Source: Burkholderiales bacterium
GTDB taxonomy: Bacteria; Pseudomonadota; Gammaproteobacteria; Burkholderiales; Casimicrobiaceae
Direction of reading: 5' to 3'
Length of the DNA stretch: 32,112 nucleotides
Assembly: GCA_031283405.1 (NCBI GenBank)
Contig: JAITBX010000002.1
Coordinates: forward strand, 1-32,112
The notes under the pieces are model-generated. The model was not told the DNA's origin and ran no database searches. It saw only the letters and a program-made list of their open reading frames with translations. Made by a program: the position numbers and the translations under genes. Shown here in pieces: positions 1-7,467 of this stretch (position 1 is its first letter; every line of letters starts with the position of its first letter).

Positions 1-101
1 CGACAGACTACGGTCGCGGTCATCCCAACTACGGGCAACCCATCACGCACTGGATGCCCATCCCAAAACCGCCGGAGCCGGAAACAACAAACGCAGTGTA
101 G
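1..101 (+). CDS. Phage DUF551-like protein, C-terminal fragment (5' end outside window)
   Basis: Frame 3 reads ...TDYGRGHPNYGQPITHWMPIPKPPEPETTNAV and stops at TAG 99-101. The HWMP(I/L)PxPPE ending is the typical C-terminus of DUF551 prophage proteins as I recall them. It lies in an int/xis-proximal position. Confidence 0.45.
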   Translation, partial: TDYGRGHPNYGQPITHWMPIPKPPEPETTNAV

Positions 102-170
102 CTCAGATATTGGCAGAGCGTTGGGCTTCTAACCCAAAGGTCACAGGTTCAAATCCTGTCACTGCAACCA
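92..170 (+). tRNA. tRNA-Arg (anticodon UCU), carried by the integrative element, CCA encoded
   Basis: Cloverleaf read by hand. D arm is GCTC/GAGC. Anticodon stem is TTGGG/CCCAA with loop CTTCTAA (anticodon TCT). Variable loop is AGGTC. T arm is ACAGG-TTCAAAT-CCTGT. The acceptor pairs at 6 of 7 positions (C1 opposite A72), followed by ACCA. Confidence 0.7.
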
Positions 171-193
171 ATTTTAATCGCAAAGAGAAAGCA

Positions 194-457
194 ATGAATA
201 AAGAAATTATCATCTTAAACACCACCGAAAGCCTTTTTGAAAGCGTCGCATCGGATGTTGTAACGTTCGCCTTTCTGGCGCTTTGTATCTGGTTCAGCTA
301 TGAAATGGGCGGCGGCTGGTGGACGTTTTTTACATGCACGATGTTTCTTATCTCGGTGTCGTCAAAACTCTTTTTGCACAAGCCACAGCAGACAAAACTC
401 AAATCGAAAAAAGAAGCCATCGCGTGGGCGAACTCGCTGCCGGATGACGCGCCATAA
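194..457 (+). CDS. Small (87 aa) predicted two-TM membrane protein, element cargo of unknown function
   Basis: ATG at 194 is internal to track ORF 110..457; the upstream part of that ORF overlaps the tRNA. Two hydrophobic stretches (VVTFAFLALCIWF and WWTFFTCTMFLISV) are followed by a basic tail. The segment is AT-richer than the flanks. Confidence 0.5.
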   Translation: MNKEIIILNTTESLFESVASDVVTFAFLALCIWFSYEMGGGWWTFFTCTMFLISVSSKLFLHKPQQTKLKSKKEAIAWANSLPDDAP

Positions 458-458
458 A

Positions 459-746
459 ATGCCCCTTCGTTTTCTCACCATCGCCAAATTCTGCGCCGAA
501 TCCGGCTACACGGAGGATGCCGCGCGCACCAAAATGCGCGACGGCGTGTGGGCAGAGGGTGCGGTTTGGCGTAAAGCGCCCGATGGTAGAATACTGATCG
601 ACGTGGAGGGATACGAGACATGGGCACAGAGCGGAAGCACGACGGCGTTCGCGCCGCTTCGGAAACAACCATCGAGATCGACTTCTACTACGCGGGCGCC
701 CGCTGCCGCGAGCGTCTTAAAATTGTCCCCACGCCCGCTAACCTGA
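459..746 (+). CDS. xis: Excisionase-like DNA-binding protein (DUF1233/lambdoid Xis-like)
   Basis: Internal ATG at 459 of ORF 300..746. The sequence MPLRFLTIAKFCAESGYTEDAARTKMRDGVWAEGAVWRKAPDGRILIDVEGYETWAQ matches the W.EG..(W/Y)RK.PDG...I....(Y/I)..W pattern of putative excisionases. It sits directly upstream of int. The 3' end is uncertain because the frame runs 127 nt into int. Confidence 0.55.
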   Translation: MPLRFLTIAKFCAESGYTEDAARTKMRDGVWAEGAVWRKAPDGRILIDVEGYETWAQSGSTTAFAPLRKQPSRSTSTTRAPAAASVLKLSPRPLT

Positions 747-1801
747 AACGCGCGGCGCAACACCGCGCCGCGATCCTCGCCGCCATTGAGAGCGGAACAT
801 TCGACTACCCGACCACCTTTCCGAACAGCAAACACGCCGCCCAATTCGCGTGGCAGCAAGACGACGTGCTGACCGTCACGGCGTGGCTCGAAACGTGGCT
901 GGCAAGAAAAGAGCGCGAACTCAAAGCCTCGACCATCGTCGGGTACACCAAAATCATCAATCGCGCCTTGATCCCCGCGCTGGGAAAAACGCCGCTCGCG
1001 TCGCTCACGCGCGGCGCCATCCGCCAGTTTGCCGCCGACTACGACGCCGGCAACAAACGCATCGGCAACATCCTCTCCGTCCTGCGCGCCGCACTCACCG
1101 ATGCCGCCGAAGAAGAACTGATCGAAACCAACCCGCTCGCCGGCTGGTCGTACCGGAAAAACGAACCGCCCAAAGAGCAAGACGACGTCGATCCGTTCAC
1201 CGCCGACGAACAAGCCGCCATCTTGGCCAAGCTCGACGGCCAAGTGCGCAACCTGATTCAATTTGCCTTCTGGACAGGGCTGCGCACCTCCGAACTCGTC
1301 GCCCTCGACTGGGGCGACATCGACTTCGCGCGCGGCGTCATCCGTGTTCGCCGCGCAAAAACCCAAGCGGCAAAAGCGCCAGAAACCACCAAGACCGTCA
1401 GCGGTCGCCGCGAAGTCAAAATCCTCGCCCCAGCGCTCGAAGCGCTCAACGGACAGAAGCCATTTACCTTTTTCAAAGGCGCGGAAGTATTCCAAAACCC
1501 GCGCACCGGCGAGCGCTGGATCGGTGACCAGCCCATCAGAGAAAACGCCTGGACACCGGCGCTTCGCCGCGCCGGCATCGCCTACCGCCGCCCCTACCAA
1601 ACACGCCACACCTACGCCTCCATGCTGCTTTCGGCGGGCGAGAATCCGATGTGGGTCGCCCAGCAAATGGGACACAAGGATTGGGGACTGATACGCAAAA
1701 TTTACGGACGCTTCATGCCCGACGCGACCCCGGAAGCCGGCAACAAAGCCGTCCAAACCTTCGCCGGACAAAGCAAAAAAACAGTGATAAAAACCGCCTG
1801 A
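620..1801 (+). CDS. int: Tyrosine site-specific integrase, lambda-like, with N-terminal arm-binding domain
   Basis: 393 aa. The N-terminus IEIDFYYAGARCRERL is arm-type domain-like. The catalytic region shows WTGLRTSEL (Arg), HTYASMLL, GH..W and IRKIYGRF (Tyr). It is adjacent to the 3' end of a tRNA gene. Confidence 0.9.
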   Translation: MGTERKHDGVRAASETTIEIDFYYAGARCRERLKIVPTPANLKRAAQHRAAILAAIESGTFDYPTTFPNSKHAAQFAWQQDDVLTVTAWLETWLARKERELKASTIVGYTKIINRALIPALGKTPLASLTRGAIRQFAADYDAGNKRIGNILSVLRAALTDAAEEELIETNPLAGWSYRKNEPPKEQDDVDPFTADEQAAILAKLDGQVRNLIQFAFWTGLRTSELVALDWGDIDFARGVIRVRRAKTQAAKAPETTKTVSGRREVKILAPALEALNGQKPFTFFKGAEVFQNPRTGERWIGDQPIRENAWTPALRRAGIAYRRPYQTRHTYASMLLSAGENPMWVAQQMGHKDWGLIRKIYGRFMPDATPEAGNKAVQTFAGQSKKTVIKTA

Positions 1802-1824
1802 AAAAGCTGACCAAAAAGCTGACC
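1801..1824 (+). repeat. Perfect tandem 12-mer AAAAAGCTGACC x2, candidate integrase arm-type sites
   Basis: The direct repeat is read directly, starting at the last base of the int stop codon and about 80 nt from the tRNA-Leu 3' end. Confidence 0.5.
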
Positions 1825-1904
1825 ATGACACCCAAAACAGCCCAAATAAAAGCCGGCTTTTTGAAAAACGAAGTTTGTAACTTGTTGATTTTATTATAAA
1901 TTAC

Positions 1905-1991
1905 TGGTGCGAAAGGGGGGACTCGAACCCCCACGGGGGTTACCCGCTGGAACCTAAATCCAGTGCGTCTACCAATTCCGCCACTTTCGCA
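1905..1991 (-). tRNA. tRNA-Leu (anticodon UAG), probable integration target (attR side)
   Basis: The reverse complement reads GCGAAAGTGGCGGAATTGGTAGACGCACTGGATTTAGGTTCCAGCGGGTAACCCCCGTGGGGGTTCGAGTCCCCCCTTTCGCACCA. It has anticodon loop TTTAGGT, a long variable arm (class II) and an encoded CCA. Confidence 0.9.
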
Positions 1992-2098
1992 GCCTCTTTC
2001 AGCCGCCACCTCGGCAGCCCGCCTCGGCGAAGTTGATAAGTATATCACCATCCATTTTGGCGTCTGCAGGCCAACCCACCGCTTTCCCGATGACATGA

Positions 2099-2107
2099 TG
2101 GTAAAAT
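2099..2107 (+). promoter_or_regulatory. Possible extended -10 element (TGgTAAAAT) for the 2138 gene
   Basis: TGGTAAAAT lies about 30 nt upstream of ATG 2138. No convincing -35 was seen. Confidence 0.3.
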
Positions 2108-2137
2108 CCTGCCGATGATCCCTGATTCCTGACCCCC

Positions 2138-2902
2138 ATGCGCACCACCGCCCTTCTCATCAGCCTGATCGGTACACTCTTCTTCGGCGGCGTGGTCGTG
2201 CTGTCTTGGGTTGCGCCGTTGCAGATTGAGCGCGCCGCGCGCTCATTGGTTCGCATCGAGATCGAACATCAAGTAGGCGAAAAAATCGACACCTTGTCCA
2301 ACACGCGAATCGCCGGCTTGGCGCAACGCCTGCTGGAGAAAACCGGCGTTGACCTTGAACAAACGAAGCAGGTTTTGCACGACGAAGCGCCGCGCCGCAT
2401 CGCCGACGCCATTGCCGATATGCTCGACACCGATTGTGAATGCCGCCAGCGGCTACGCATGTATCTGGAAGCGGGCTACTCCGCGCGCTTGAATTTGCTG
2501 ACCGAAGCACAAGACAAATTGCGCGTCTGGATCGAATCGGCTTACGCCAAAGTCACCCAAAGTCTGATGCGCGAACTGCGCATCGTATGCTTGTCCAACG
2601 CCTGCGCGTTCGCCTTGCTGGGTGTCGTCACCCTTGTGCGACGACGCGCTACATGGCAACTCGCGCTGCCTGCCCTCGTTTTAGTCGGCGCCGTATTCAT
2701 CACCACCGGCCTGTATCTGTTCAACCAGAATTGGCTGCACACCATCGTGTTCGGCACTTATGTCGGCTGGGCTTATTCTTTCTACCTGGGCGGCGTGGTA
2801 TTGCTGCTGGCCGACATCGCCTTCAACCGCGCGCGAGTGTGCACCAGCGTTGTGAATACGGTTCTCAATGCGCTCGGATCAGCGACGCTGACGCCGTGTT
2901 AG
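2138..2902 (+). CDS. Hypothetical multi-pass membrane protein (254 aa)
   Basis: An N-terminal TM segment (LLISLIGTLFFGGVVVLSWV) is followed by a roughly 130 aa helical soluble segment containing DCEC, then 3-4 C-terminal TM segments. I recognise no family motif. Confidence 0.6.
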   Translation: MRTTALLISLIGTLFFGGVVVLSWVAPLQIERAARSLVRIEIEHQVGEKIDTLSNTRIAGLAQRLLEKTGVDLEQTKQVLHDEAPRRIADAIADMLDTDCECRQRLRMYLEAGYSARLNLLTEAQDKLRVWIESAYAKVTQSLMRELRIVCLSNACAFALLGVVTLVRRRATWQLALPALVLVGAVFITTGLYLFNQNWLHTIVFGTYVGWAYSFYLGGVVLLLADIAFNRARVCTSVVNTVLNALGSATLTPC

Positions 2903-2925
2903 TGCGGGCGGGTTGCGGGTTTGCA

Positions 2926-2947
2926 GAGACAAGGCAGGCCTTGCCTC
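2926..2947. repeat. Palindromic unit family A, copy 1 (GAGACAAGGC-AG-GCCTTGCCTC)
   Basis: A 10-bp stem with one mismatch. It is related to the copy at 3494-3517 (shared AGACAAGGCAGnCCTTGnCT). Confidence 0.6.
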
Positions 2948-3079
2948 TACATAGTCCGCCCTGAACAATTCAAATTCTCCCATGAAGAAAGCTGTCTTTC
3001 AGCCTAAAAAAGCCTTGCAAAATTTGCAGGAAATGGTCAAACAACCTTCAATAATCCTGCAAATACAGACGAGGTTTCA

Positions 3080-3180
3080 ATGGTTCCGAAAACGCCGGAA
3101 AGAGAGAAAGACCTCATTCACTACCCCTTGCGGGAACACATCAACCTGAAACACCCGTTGGTGAGCTTGGCTGCCCCGGT
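3080..3180 (+). pseudogene. Remnant of an IS5-family (DUF772-type) transposase N-terminus
   Basis: MVPKTPEREKDLIHYPLREHINLKHPLVSLAAPV resembles the M.PK.PE..DLF..L...IN.KH.LV.LA..IDW N-terminus of IS5-group transposases. The similarity ends where repeat elements begin, at about 3190. Confidence 0.4.
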
Positions 3181-3192
3181 TTTGATGCCGCC

Positions 3193-3230
3193 TTGCACCC
3201 ATCCCAACCTTCCCCCAGCGGGGGAAGGAG
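3193..3230. repeat. REP-like unit family B, copy 1 (TTGCACCCATCCCAACCTTCCCCCAG...), contains hairpin CCTTCCCCC-AGC-GGGGGAAGG
   Basis: 24 of 26 nt are identical to 27654-27679 in the same orientation. The 9-bp GC hairpin spans 3208-3228. Confidence 0.65.
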
Positions 3231-3233
3231 CAG

Positions 3234-3317
3234 GTCGTCATCCTGCGCGAAGTGTCGCAGGACGCAGAATCCATGTCTCCCTTTTCTGGATTCTGCGACT
3301 TCGCTCAGAATGACGAC
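3234..3317. repeat. 84-bp long imperfect hairpin element (MITE/REP-like)
   Basis: Nested pairings were read by hand. GTCGTCAT (3234-3241) pairs with ATGACGAC (3310-3317). GCGAAG pairs with CTTCGC. GACGCAGAATCCA pairs with TGGATTCTGCGAC around a 13-nt loop. Confidence 0.6.
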
Positions 3318-3493
3318 AATAAAACAGATAAGTTGTGGAGCGCCGAGGGCGGCGTCCCCTACAAAAGCGGACGGGTTTGAAAGCCGCCCTTACACTCTCC
3401 TCCCGCACATAAACGTAGCGGTCGGCACAAAAATTTACGCCACAGGCTTTGATGCCTAAGAGGCAGCACGGCACCCAGCCGCCTGACACCTAT

Positions 3494-3517
3494 AAAGACA
3501 AGGCAGACCTTGTCTTT
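3494..3517 (-). terminator. Palindromic unit family A, copy 2; possible metY terminator
   Basis: A perfect 10-bp stem AAAGACAAGG-CAGA-CCTTGTCTTT lies 4 nt downstream of the metY stop. The 3' arm ends in TTT, but there is no long U-tract. Confidence 0.35.
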
Positions 3518-3521
3518 ACGT

Positions 3522-4796
3522 TCACACCGCCGCTTTCAACGCCTGATCGATGTCCGCCAGAATGTCGTCGATGTGTTCGATGCCGATCGACAATCGAATC
3601 ATTTCCGGTCGCACGCCGGCAGAGAGTTGCTCCTTGGGCGATAGCTGCCGATGCGTCGTTGAGGCCGGATGACACGCCAACGATTTGGCGTCGCCGATGT
3701 TGACCAGCCGCACCACGAGTTTCAGCGCGTCGATGAAACGTCCGCCTGCCGCCACGCCGCCCTTGATTCCGAACGATAGCAAGCCGGAGGCGCGCCCGCC
3801 GAAATATTTTTTTATCAGCGGTTGATCGGCGTGATTCGCCAGTCCCGCATATTCGACCCATTCGACCGCCGGATGTTTTTGCAAATACTGCGCCACCGCC
3901 AGCGCATTCTCGCAAGTCCGATCCATTCGTAACGCCAGCGTCTCGACGCCTTGCAGAATCAAAAAAGCGTTGAACGGCGACAGTGCCGCGCCCATGCTGC
4001 GCAACATGACGCAGCGCGTCCGAGCAACATACGCCGCCGCGCCGAACAATTCGGTGAACACCACGCCGTGATAGCTGGCATCCGGCGTGCTGAGTTGCGG
4101 AAAACGGTCAACATGTTTTTTCCACGGAAAGCGGCCGCTGTCGATCACCGCGCCGGCGATGGTCGTGCCGTGACCGCCGATGTATTTGGTGAGCGAATGC
4201 ACAACGATATCGGCGCCATGTTCGATCGGCCGGCACAGCATCGGCGACGACACCGTGTTGTCAACGATCAGCGGCACGCCGACCGCGTGCGCTTCTTTCG
4301 CAAACGCGCCAAGATCGACAATATTGCCGAGCGGATTGCCGATACTTTCGCAATACACCGCTTTCGTTTTCGCGTCGGCGAGTTTCGCAACATCCGCCGG
4401 TTTGCGATGATCGACGAAACGCACTTCGATGCCGAGTTGCGGCAACGTATGCGCAAACAAATTGTAAGTGCCTCCATAGAGTGTGCTGGTAGCGATGATG
4501 TTGTCGCCCGCTTGGGCAATCGTCTGAATCGCGTAAGTGATCGCCGCCATGCCGGAAGCCAGCGCCAGCGCCGCCACGCCGCCTTCGAGCGCCGCCAGAC
4601 GTTGTTCCAGCACATCGTTGGTCGGATTCATGATTCGCGTGTAGATATTGCCGGGCACCGCCAGATTGAACAAATCGGCGCCATGCTGCGTGTTATCAAA
4701 CGCATAACTGCTGGTCTGATAAATCGGCACAGCCACCGACTTGGTGGTGGGGTCGGGCTGATAACCGGCGTGAACGACAATAGTTTCGAGTTTCAT
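3522..4796 (-). CDS. metY: O-acetylhomoserine sulfhydrylase (PLP-dependent)
   Basis: 424 aa. The N-terminus is MKLETIVVHAGYQPDPTTKSVAVPIYQTSSYAF. SLTKYIGGHG carries the PLP-lysine motif typical of the MetY/Cys-Met metabolism family. Confidence 0.9.
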   Translation of the reverse strand: MKLETIVVHAGYQPDPTTKSVAVPIYQTSSYAFDNTQHGADLFNLAVPGNIYTRIMNPTNDVLEQRLAALEGGVAALALASGMAAITYAIQTIAQAGDNIIATSTLYGGTYNLFAHTLPQLGIEVRFVDHRKPADVAKLADAKTKAVYCESIGNPLGNIVDLGAFAKEAHAVGVPLIVDNTVSSPMLCRPIEHGADIVVHSLTKYIGGHGTTIAGAVIDSGRFPWKKHVDRFPQLSTPDASYHGVVFTELFGAAAYVARTRCVMLRSMGAALSPFNAFLILQGVETLALRMDRTCENALAVAQYLQKHPAVEWVEYAGLANHADQPLIKKYFGGRASGLLSFGIKGGVAAGGRFIDALKLVVRLVNIGDAKSLACHPASTTHRQLSPKEQLSAGVRPEMIRLSIGIEHIDDILADIDQALKAAV

Positions 4797-4859
4797 GAGT
4801 GTTCCTTGAATGGCCTGAATTGTTGCATGTTAAATGTTAGAAATGAAAGTGTAAACTGT

Positions 4860-6500
4860 TCAGGAGTCAGATGTAGGGGCGACCTGTGGTCGCCCGCTCA
4901 TGAACGGGGATTCATGATTTGAAGATTGACTCCTGATACCCACCACATAATCCAGTTGCTGCCGCGTCGCCGCATCGGTGTCCGGCGGCAAGGGCTGATT
5001 CTGCTCCAGCGCCGCCCGCAACGGTTGCGCCAGTTGCTTGCCGATTTCAACGCCGAATTGGTCGAACGGATTGATGCCGTAGAGTACGCCTTCGATAAAG
5101 GTTCGATGCTCGTACAACGCCAGCAGCGCGCCCAGTTGCCAAGCGTCGAGCTTCGGCAACATCAGCATCGTCGATGCCACGTTGCCGGGGCAAAAGCGCA
5201 CATCGTTCGGCGCCTTTCCTTCACTGCCGCGCATCAACGCTTGCGCTTGCGCCAGAGCGTTTGCCGCCAATCCAGAGCGCGACATTTCTCCGGTCAGCGC
5301 CGGCACGATGAATTCAACAGTCGCCGTGTGCGTTCCCTGATGCAGCCATTGAAAAAAAGCGTGTTGACTGTCGGTTCCGATGCCGCCCCACACCGCTGTG
5401 GTCGTCGGCGTTTCGACAATCTCGCCGTCCCAGCGCACGCGCTTGCCGTTGCTTTCCATCAGGAGTTGTTGCAGATACATCGGCAACAAACGCAGCGCTT
5501 CCGCATACGGCGCGATCACCCGCTCGCGCCGTTGCAAAAAACAAGTGTTCCACCAATCGATCAGCGCCAGCGTGACCGGCACATTATCGGTCAACGGCGC
5601 TTCGCGGAAATGGCGATCCATCGCCGCCGCACCGTTCAACAACTGTTCAAATATTGGCCAGCCTGATTGAATCGCCAACGTGACGCCCACCGCCGACCAC
5701 AATGAAAAACGGCCGCCGACCCAATCCCAAAACGGCAGAATCTGCGCTTCCGGCACGCCGAAAGCGTGCGCCGCTTCGCTGTTCGCCGTCACGGCGATGA
5801 AGTGACGTTGGCTCTGTTGCGCCACACATTTGTCTTTCAACAACCACGCTTGCGCCGCGCGCGCGTTCGCCAGCGTTTCTTCCGTCGTAAATGTTTTTGA
5901 AACAACGACGAACAACGTCGTTGCCGGATCGAGTCCGTGCAAAGCGCGACGCAACGCTTCGGGATCGAGGTTGGCGACGAAGCGCACATCGAAATCATCA
6001 GACGCCCACAACGCATCGCACGCCAGGCGCGGGCCGAGCAGCGAGCCGCCGATGCCGATGTGAACGACGGCACGAATGGCTTGCCCGTCTGCGCCGAGAT
6101 AATGGCCGCTGCGCAGCGCTTCCGTCAACTTGCGCATCGCCGTTTGCGCGGCACGAATATCGGTGATCACGTTGCGGCGTTCCTCGGATTTTCCCACCGT
6201 CAACGGCATGTCGTCGCGCTGCCGCAGCGCCGTATGCAATGCCGAGCGATCTTCGGACACATTCAATTTTTCACCGGCGAAGAGCGCCGCGATCCAGCGC
6301 CGCAAATCGAGCGCTTCGGCATGAGCGCGTAACGACGTCAGCGTTTCGGTCGTGACATGCTGGCGGGACATATCGACGCGCCAGCCTTCCCAATTCAGCG
6401 CCAGCGTTTGCGCGCGCGCTCGATCGGCGGTAAACGCCTTGCGCAAATCGAAAGAGCGAAAGGTTCGCGCCTGCTCTTGCAAGGTTTCAACTGTGTTCAT
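4860..6500 (-). CDS. pgi: Glucose-6-phosphate isomerase with a repeat-derived C-terminal tail
   Basis: 546 aa, collinear with Pgi from the N-terminus onwards (HIGIGGSLLGPR, EALRLLPMYLQQLLMESNGK, GINPFDQFGVEIGK). The last 25 or so codons and the stop lie inside the 4861-4935 element. Confidence 0.9.
   Translation of the reverse strand: MNTVETLQEQARTFRSFDLRKAFTADRARAQTLALNWEGWRVDMSRQHVTTETLTSLRAHAEALDLRRWIAALFAGEKLNVSEDRSALHTALRQRDDMPLTVGKSEERRNVITDIRAAQTAMRKLTEALRSGHYLGADGQAIRAVVHIGIGGSLLGPRLACDALWASDDFDVRFVANLDPEALRRALHGLDPATTLFVVVSKTFTTEETLANARAAQAWLLKDKCVAQQSQRHFIAVTANSEAAHAFGVPEAQILPFWDWVGGRFSLWSAVGVTLAIQSGWPIFEQLLNGAAAMDRHFREAPLTDNVPVTLALIDWWNTCFLQRRERVIAPYAEALRLLPMYLQQLLMESNGKRVRWDGEIVETPTTTAVWGGIGTDSQHAFFQWLHQGTHTATVEFIVPALTGEMSRSGLAANALAQAQALMRGSEGKAPNDVRFCPGNVASTMLMLPKLDAWQLGALLALYEHRTFIEGVLYGINPFDQFGVEIGKQLAQPLRAALEQNQPLPPDTDAATRQQLDYVVGIRSQSSNHESPFMSGRPQVAPTSDS
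4861..4935. mobile_element. 75-bp MITE/REP-like element with 9-bp terminal inverted repeats (CAGGAGTCA...TGACTCCTG)
   Basis: The inverted repeats were read directly. The internal 24-nt core GTAGGGGCGACCTGTGGTCGCCCG (4873-4896) is identical to 18271-18294. Confidence 0.65.
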
Positions 6501-7437
6501 TTTTTTCCAGGCAGCGCCGCGCGTTTTCGCCGAGCTGACGCATCATCACAAAATAAGCATCGACACCCGGCGCAATCTGACTGCCGAGCGGATCAAGGAC
6601 ACTGTATCCGGCAGAAGTTCCTTCGACAATGCTCTTCACCAATCCATCGTTGTACTGCGGCTCGGCAAACACACACGCCACGCCGTTTTGACGAACCTTG
6701 TCGCGCAGCGCTTGCAAGCGTTGCGCCGACGGTTTCTGTTCGGGATTCACCGTGATCGCGCCGACGCCGTTCAAGCCGTAGCGCTTTTCAAAATACTGAT
6801 AGCCGTCGTGAAAAACGATGAACGGCGCGCGCTTCACCGGCGTCAATGTGCTCTCGATTTCCCGATCCAGCGCCGTCAGCCGTTGCCGCAACGCTTGCGC
6901 TTTGGCTTCGTAGCGCTTGCTGTTTTCGGCGTCGAGCGCCGACAGCGCGAGCGCAATCGCGTCCACCATATCGCGCGCATTGGCCGGATCGAGCCAGACA
7001 TGCGGATCAATAGAAGTTTCGCTGTGACCATGATCGTGACCATCGTCTTCCCACACGCCGCCTTCGCGCGCCGGATAGCGCACGCTGACAACATCCATCA
7101 ACGCCACTTGCCGCGCTTTGTTCACCTTCAACGGCTTTTCGAGAAAACCTTCCAGCGGCGCGCCGATCCAGAAAACAATATCGGCGTTCGCCAGCGCTTG
7201 CGCGTCGGACGGGCGCAGCGCGTAATCGTGCGGCGACGCCGCGCCCTTGAGCAACAAGGCCGGCGTCCCGATGCCTTCCATCACGCCAGCGACCAGCGCA
7301 TGCGCCGGCTCGATGCTAACGACGACTTTCAGCGGCGCGGCCTGCGCGAGCAAGCTCCACGCCGCCGCGATCAAAACTGCCAACGCCGTCATGAAAAAAT
7401 GTCCGCTCCCGAATTTCATCCGTCCGCTTCCCTTCAA
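6487..7437 (-). CDS. znuA: Zinc ABC transporter periplasmic substrate-binding protein
   Basis: 316 aa with a signal peptide. It has the His-rich loop DDGHDHGHSETSIDPHVWLDP and is divergent from znuCB. An alternative start is at 7419. Confidence 0.85.
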   Translation of the reverse strand: MKGSGRMKFGSGHFFMTALAVLIAAAWSLLAQAAPLKVVVSIEPAHALVAGVMEGIGTPALLLKGAASPHDYALRPSDAQALANADIVFWIGAPLEGFLEKPLKVNKARQVALMDVVSVRYPAREGGVWEDDGHDHGHSETSIDPHVWLDPANARDMVDAIALALSALDAENSKRYEAKAQALRQRLTALDREIESTLTPVKRAPFIVFHDGYQYFEKRYGLNGVGAITVNPEQKPSAQRLQALRDKVRQNGVACVFAEPQYNDGLVKSIVEGTSAGYSVLDPLGSQIAPGVDAYFVMMRQLGENARRCLEKNEHS

Positions 7438-7467
7438 CTATTTTGGAATACGCTGATTTATTTCAAG

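Noticed and set aside
506-1831. 441-aa ORF antisense to the integrase
   Set aside because: It fully overlaps a well-supported int gene on the opposite strand. The translation is Arg/Gly/Ala-rich, as expected for antisense frames in GC-rich DNA, and has no recognisable motif.
1847-1862. AAAGCCGGCTTTTT as a terminator after int
   Set aside because: The palindrome has no loop, and only four or so effective base pairs could form. That is too weak to call.
3077-3489. Four 65-88 aa ORFs in the 2903-3521 gap
   Set aside because: Apart from the short IS5-like N-terminal stub, they are translations of REP and hairpin elements on both strands, so they are not credible genes.
4797-4859. SAM-type riboswitch upstream of metY
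   Set aside because: Only 63 nt separate metY from pgi. The stretch is AT-rich with no conserved riboswitch helices that I can recognise. metY is more likely co-transcribed with pgi.
3951-4922. 323-aa ORF antisense to metY
   Set aside because: An Arg/His-rich antisense artefact that overlaps the confidently identified metY.
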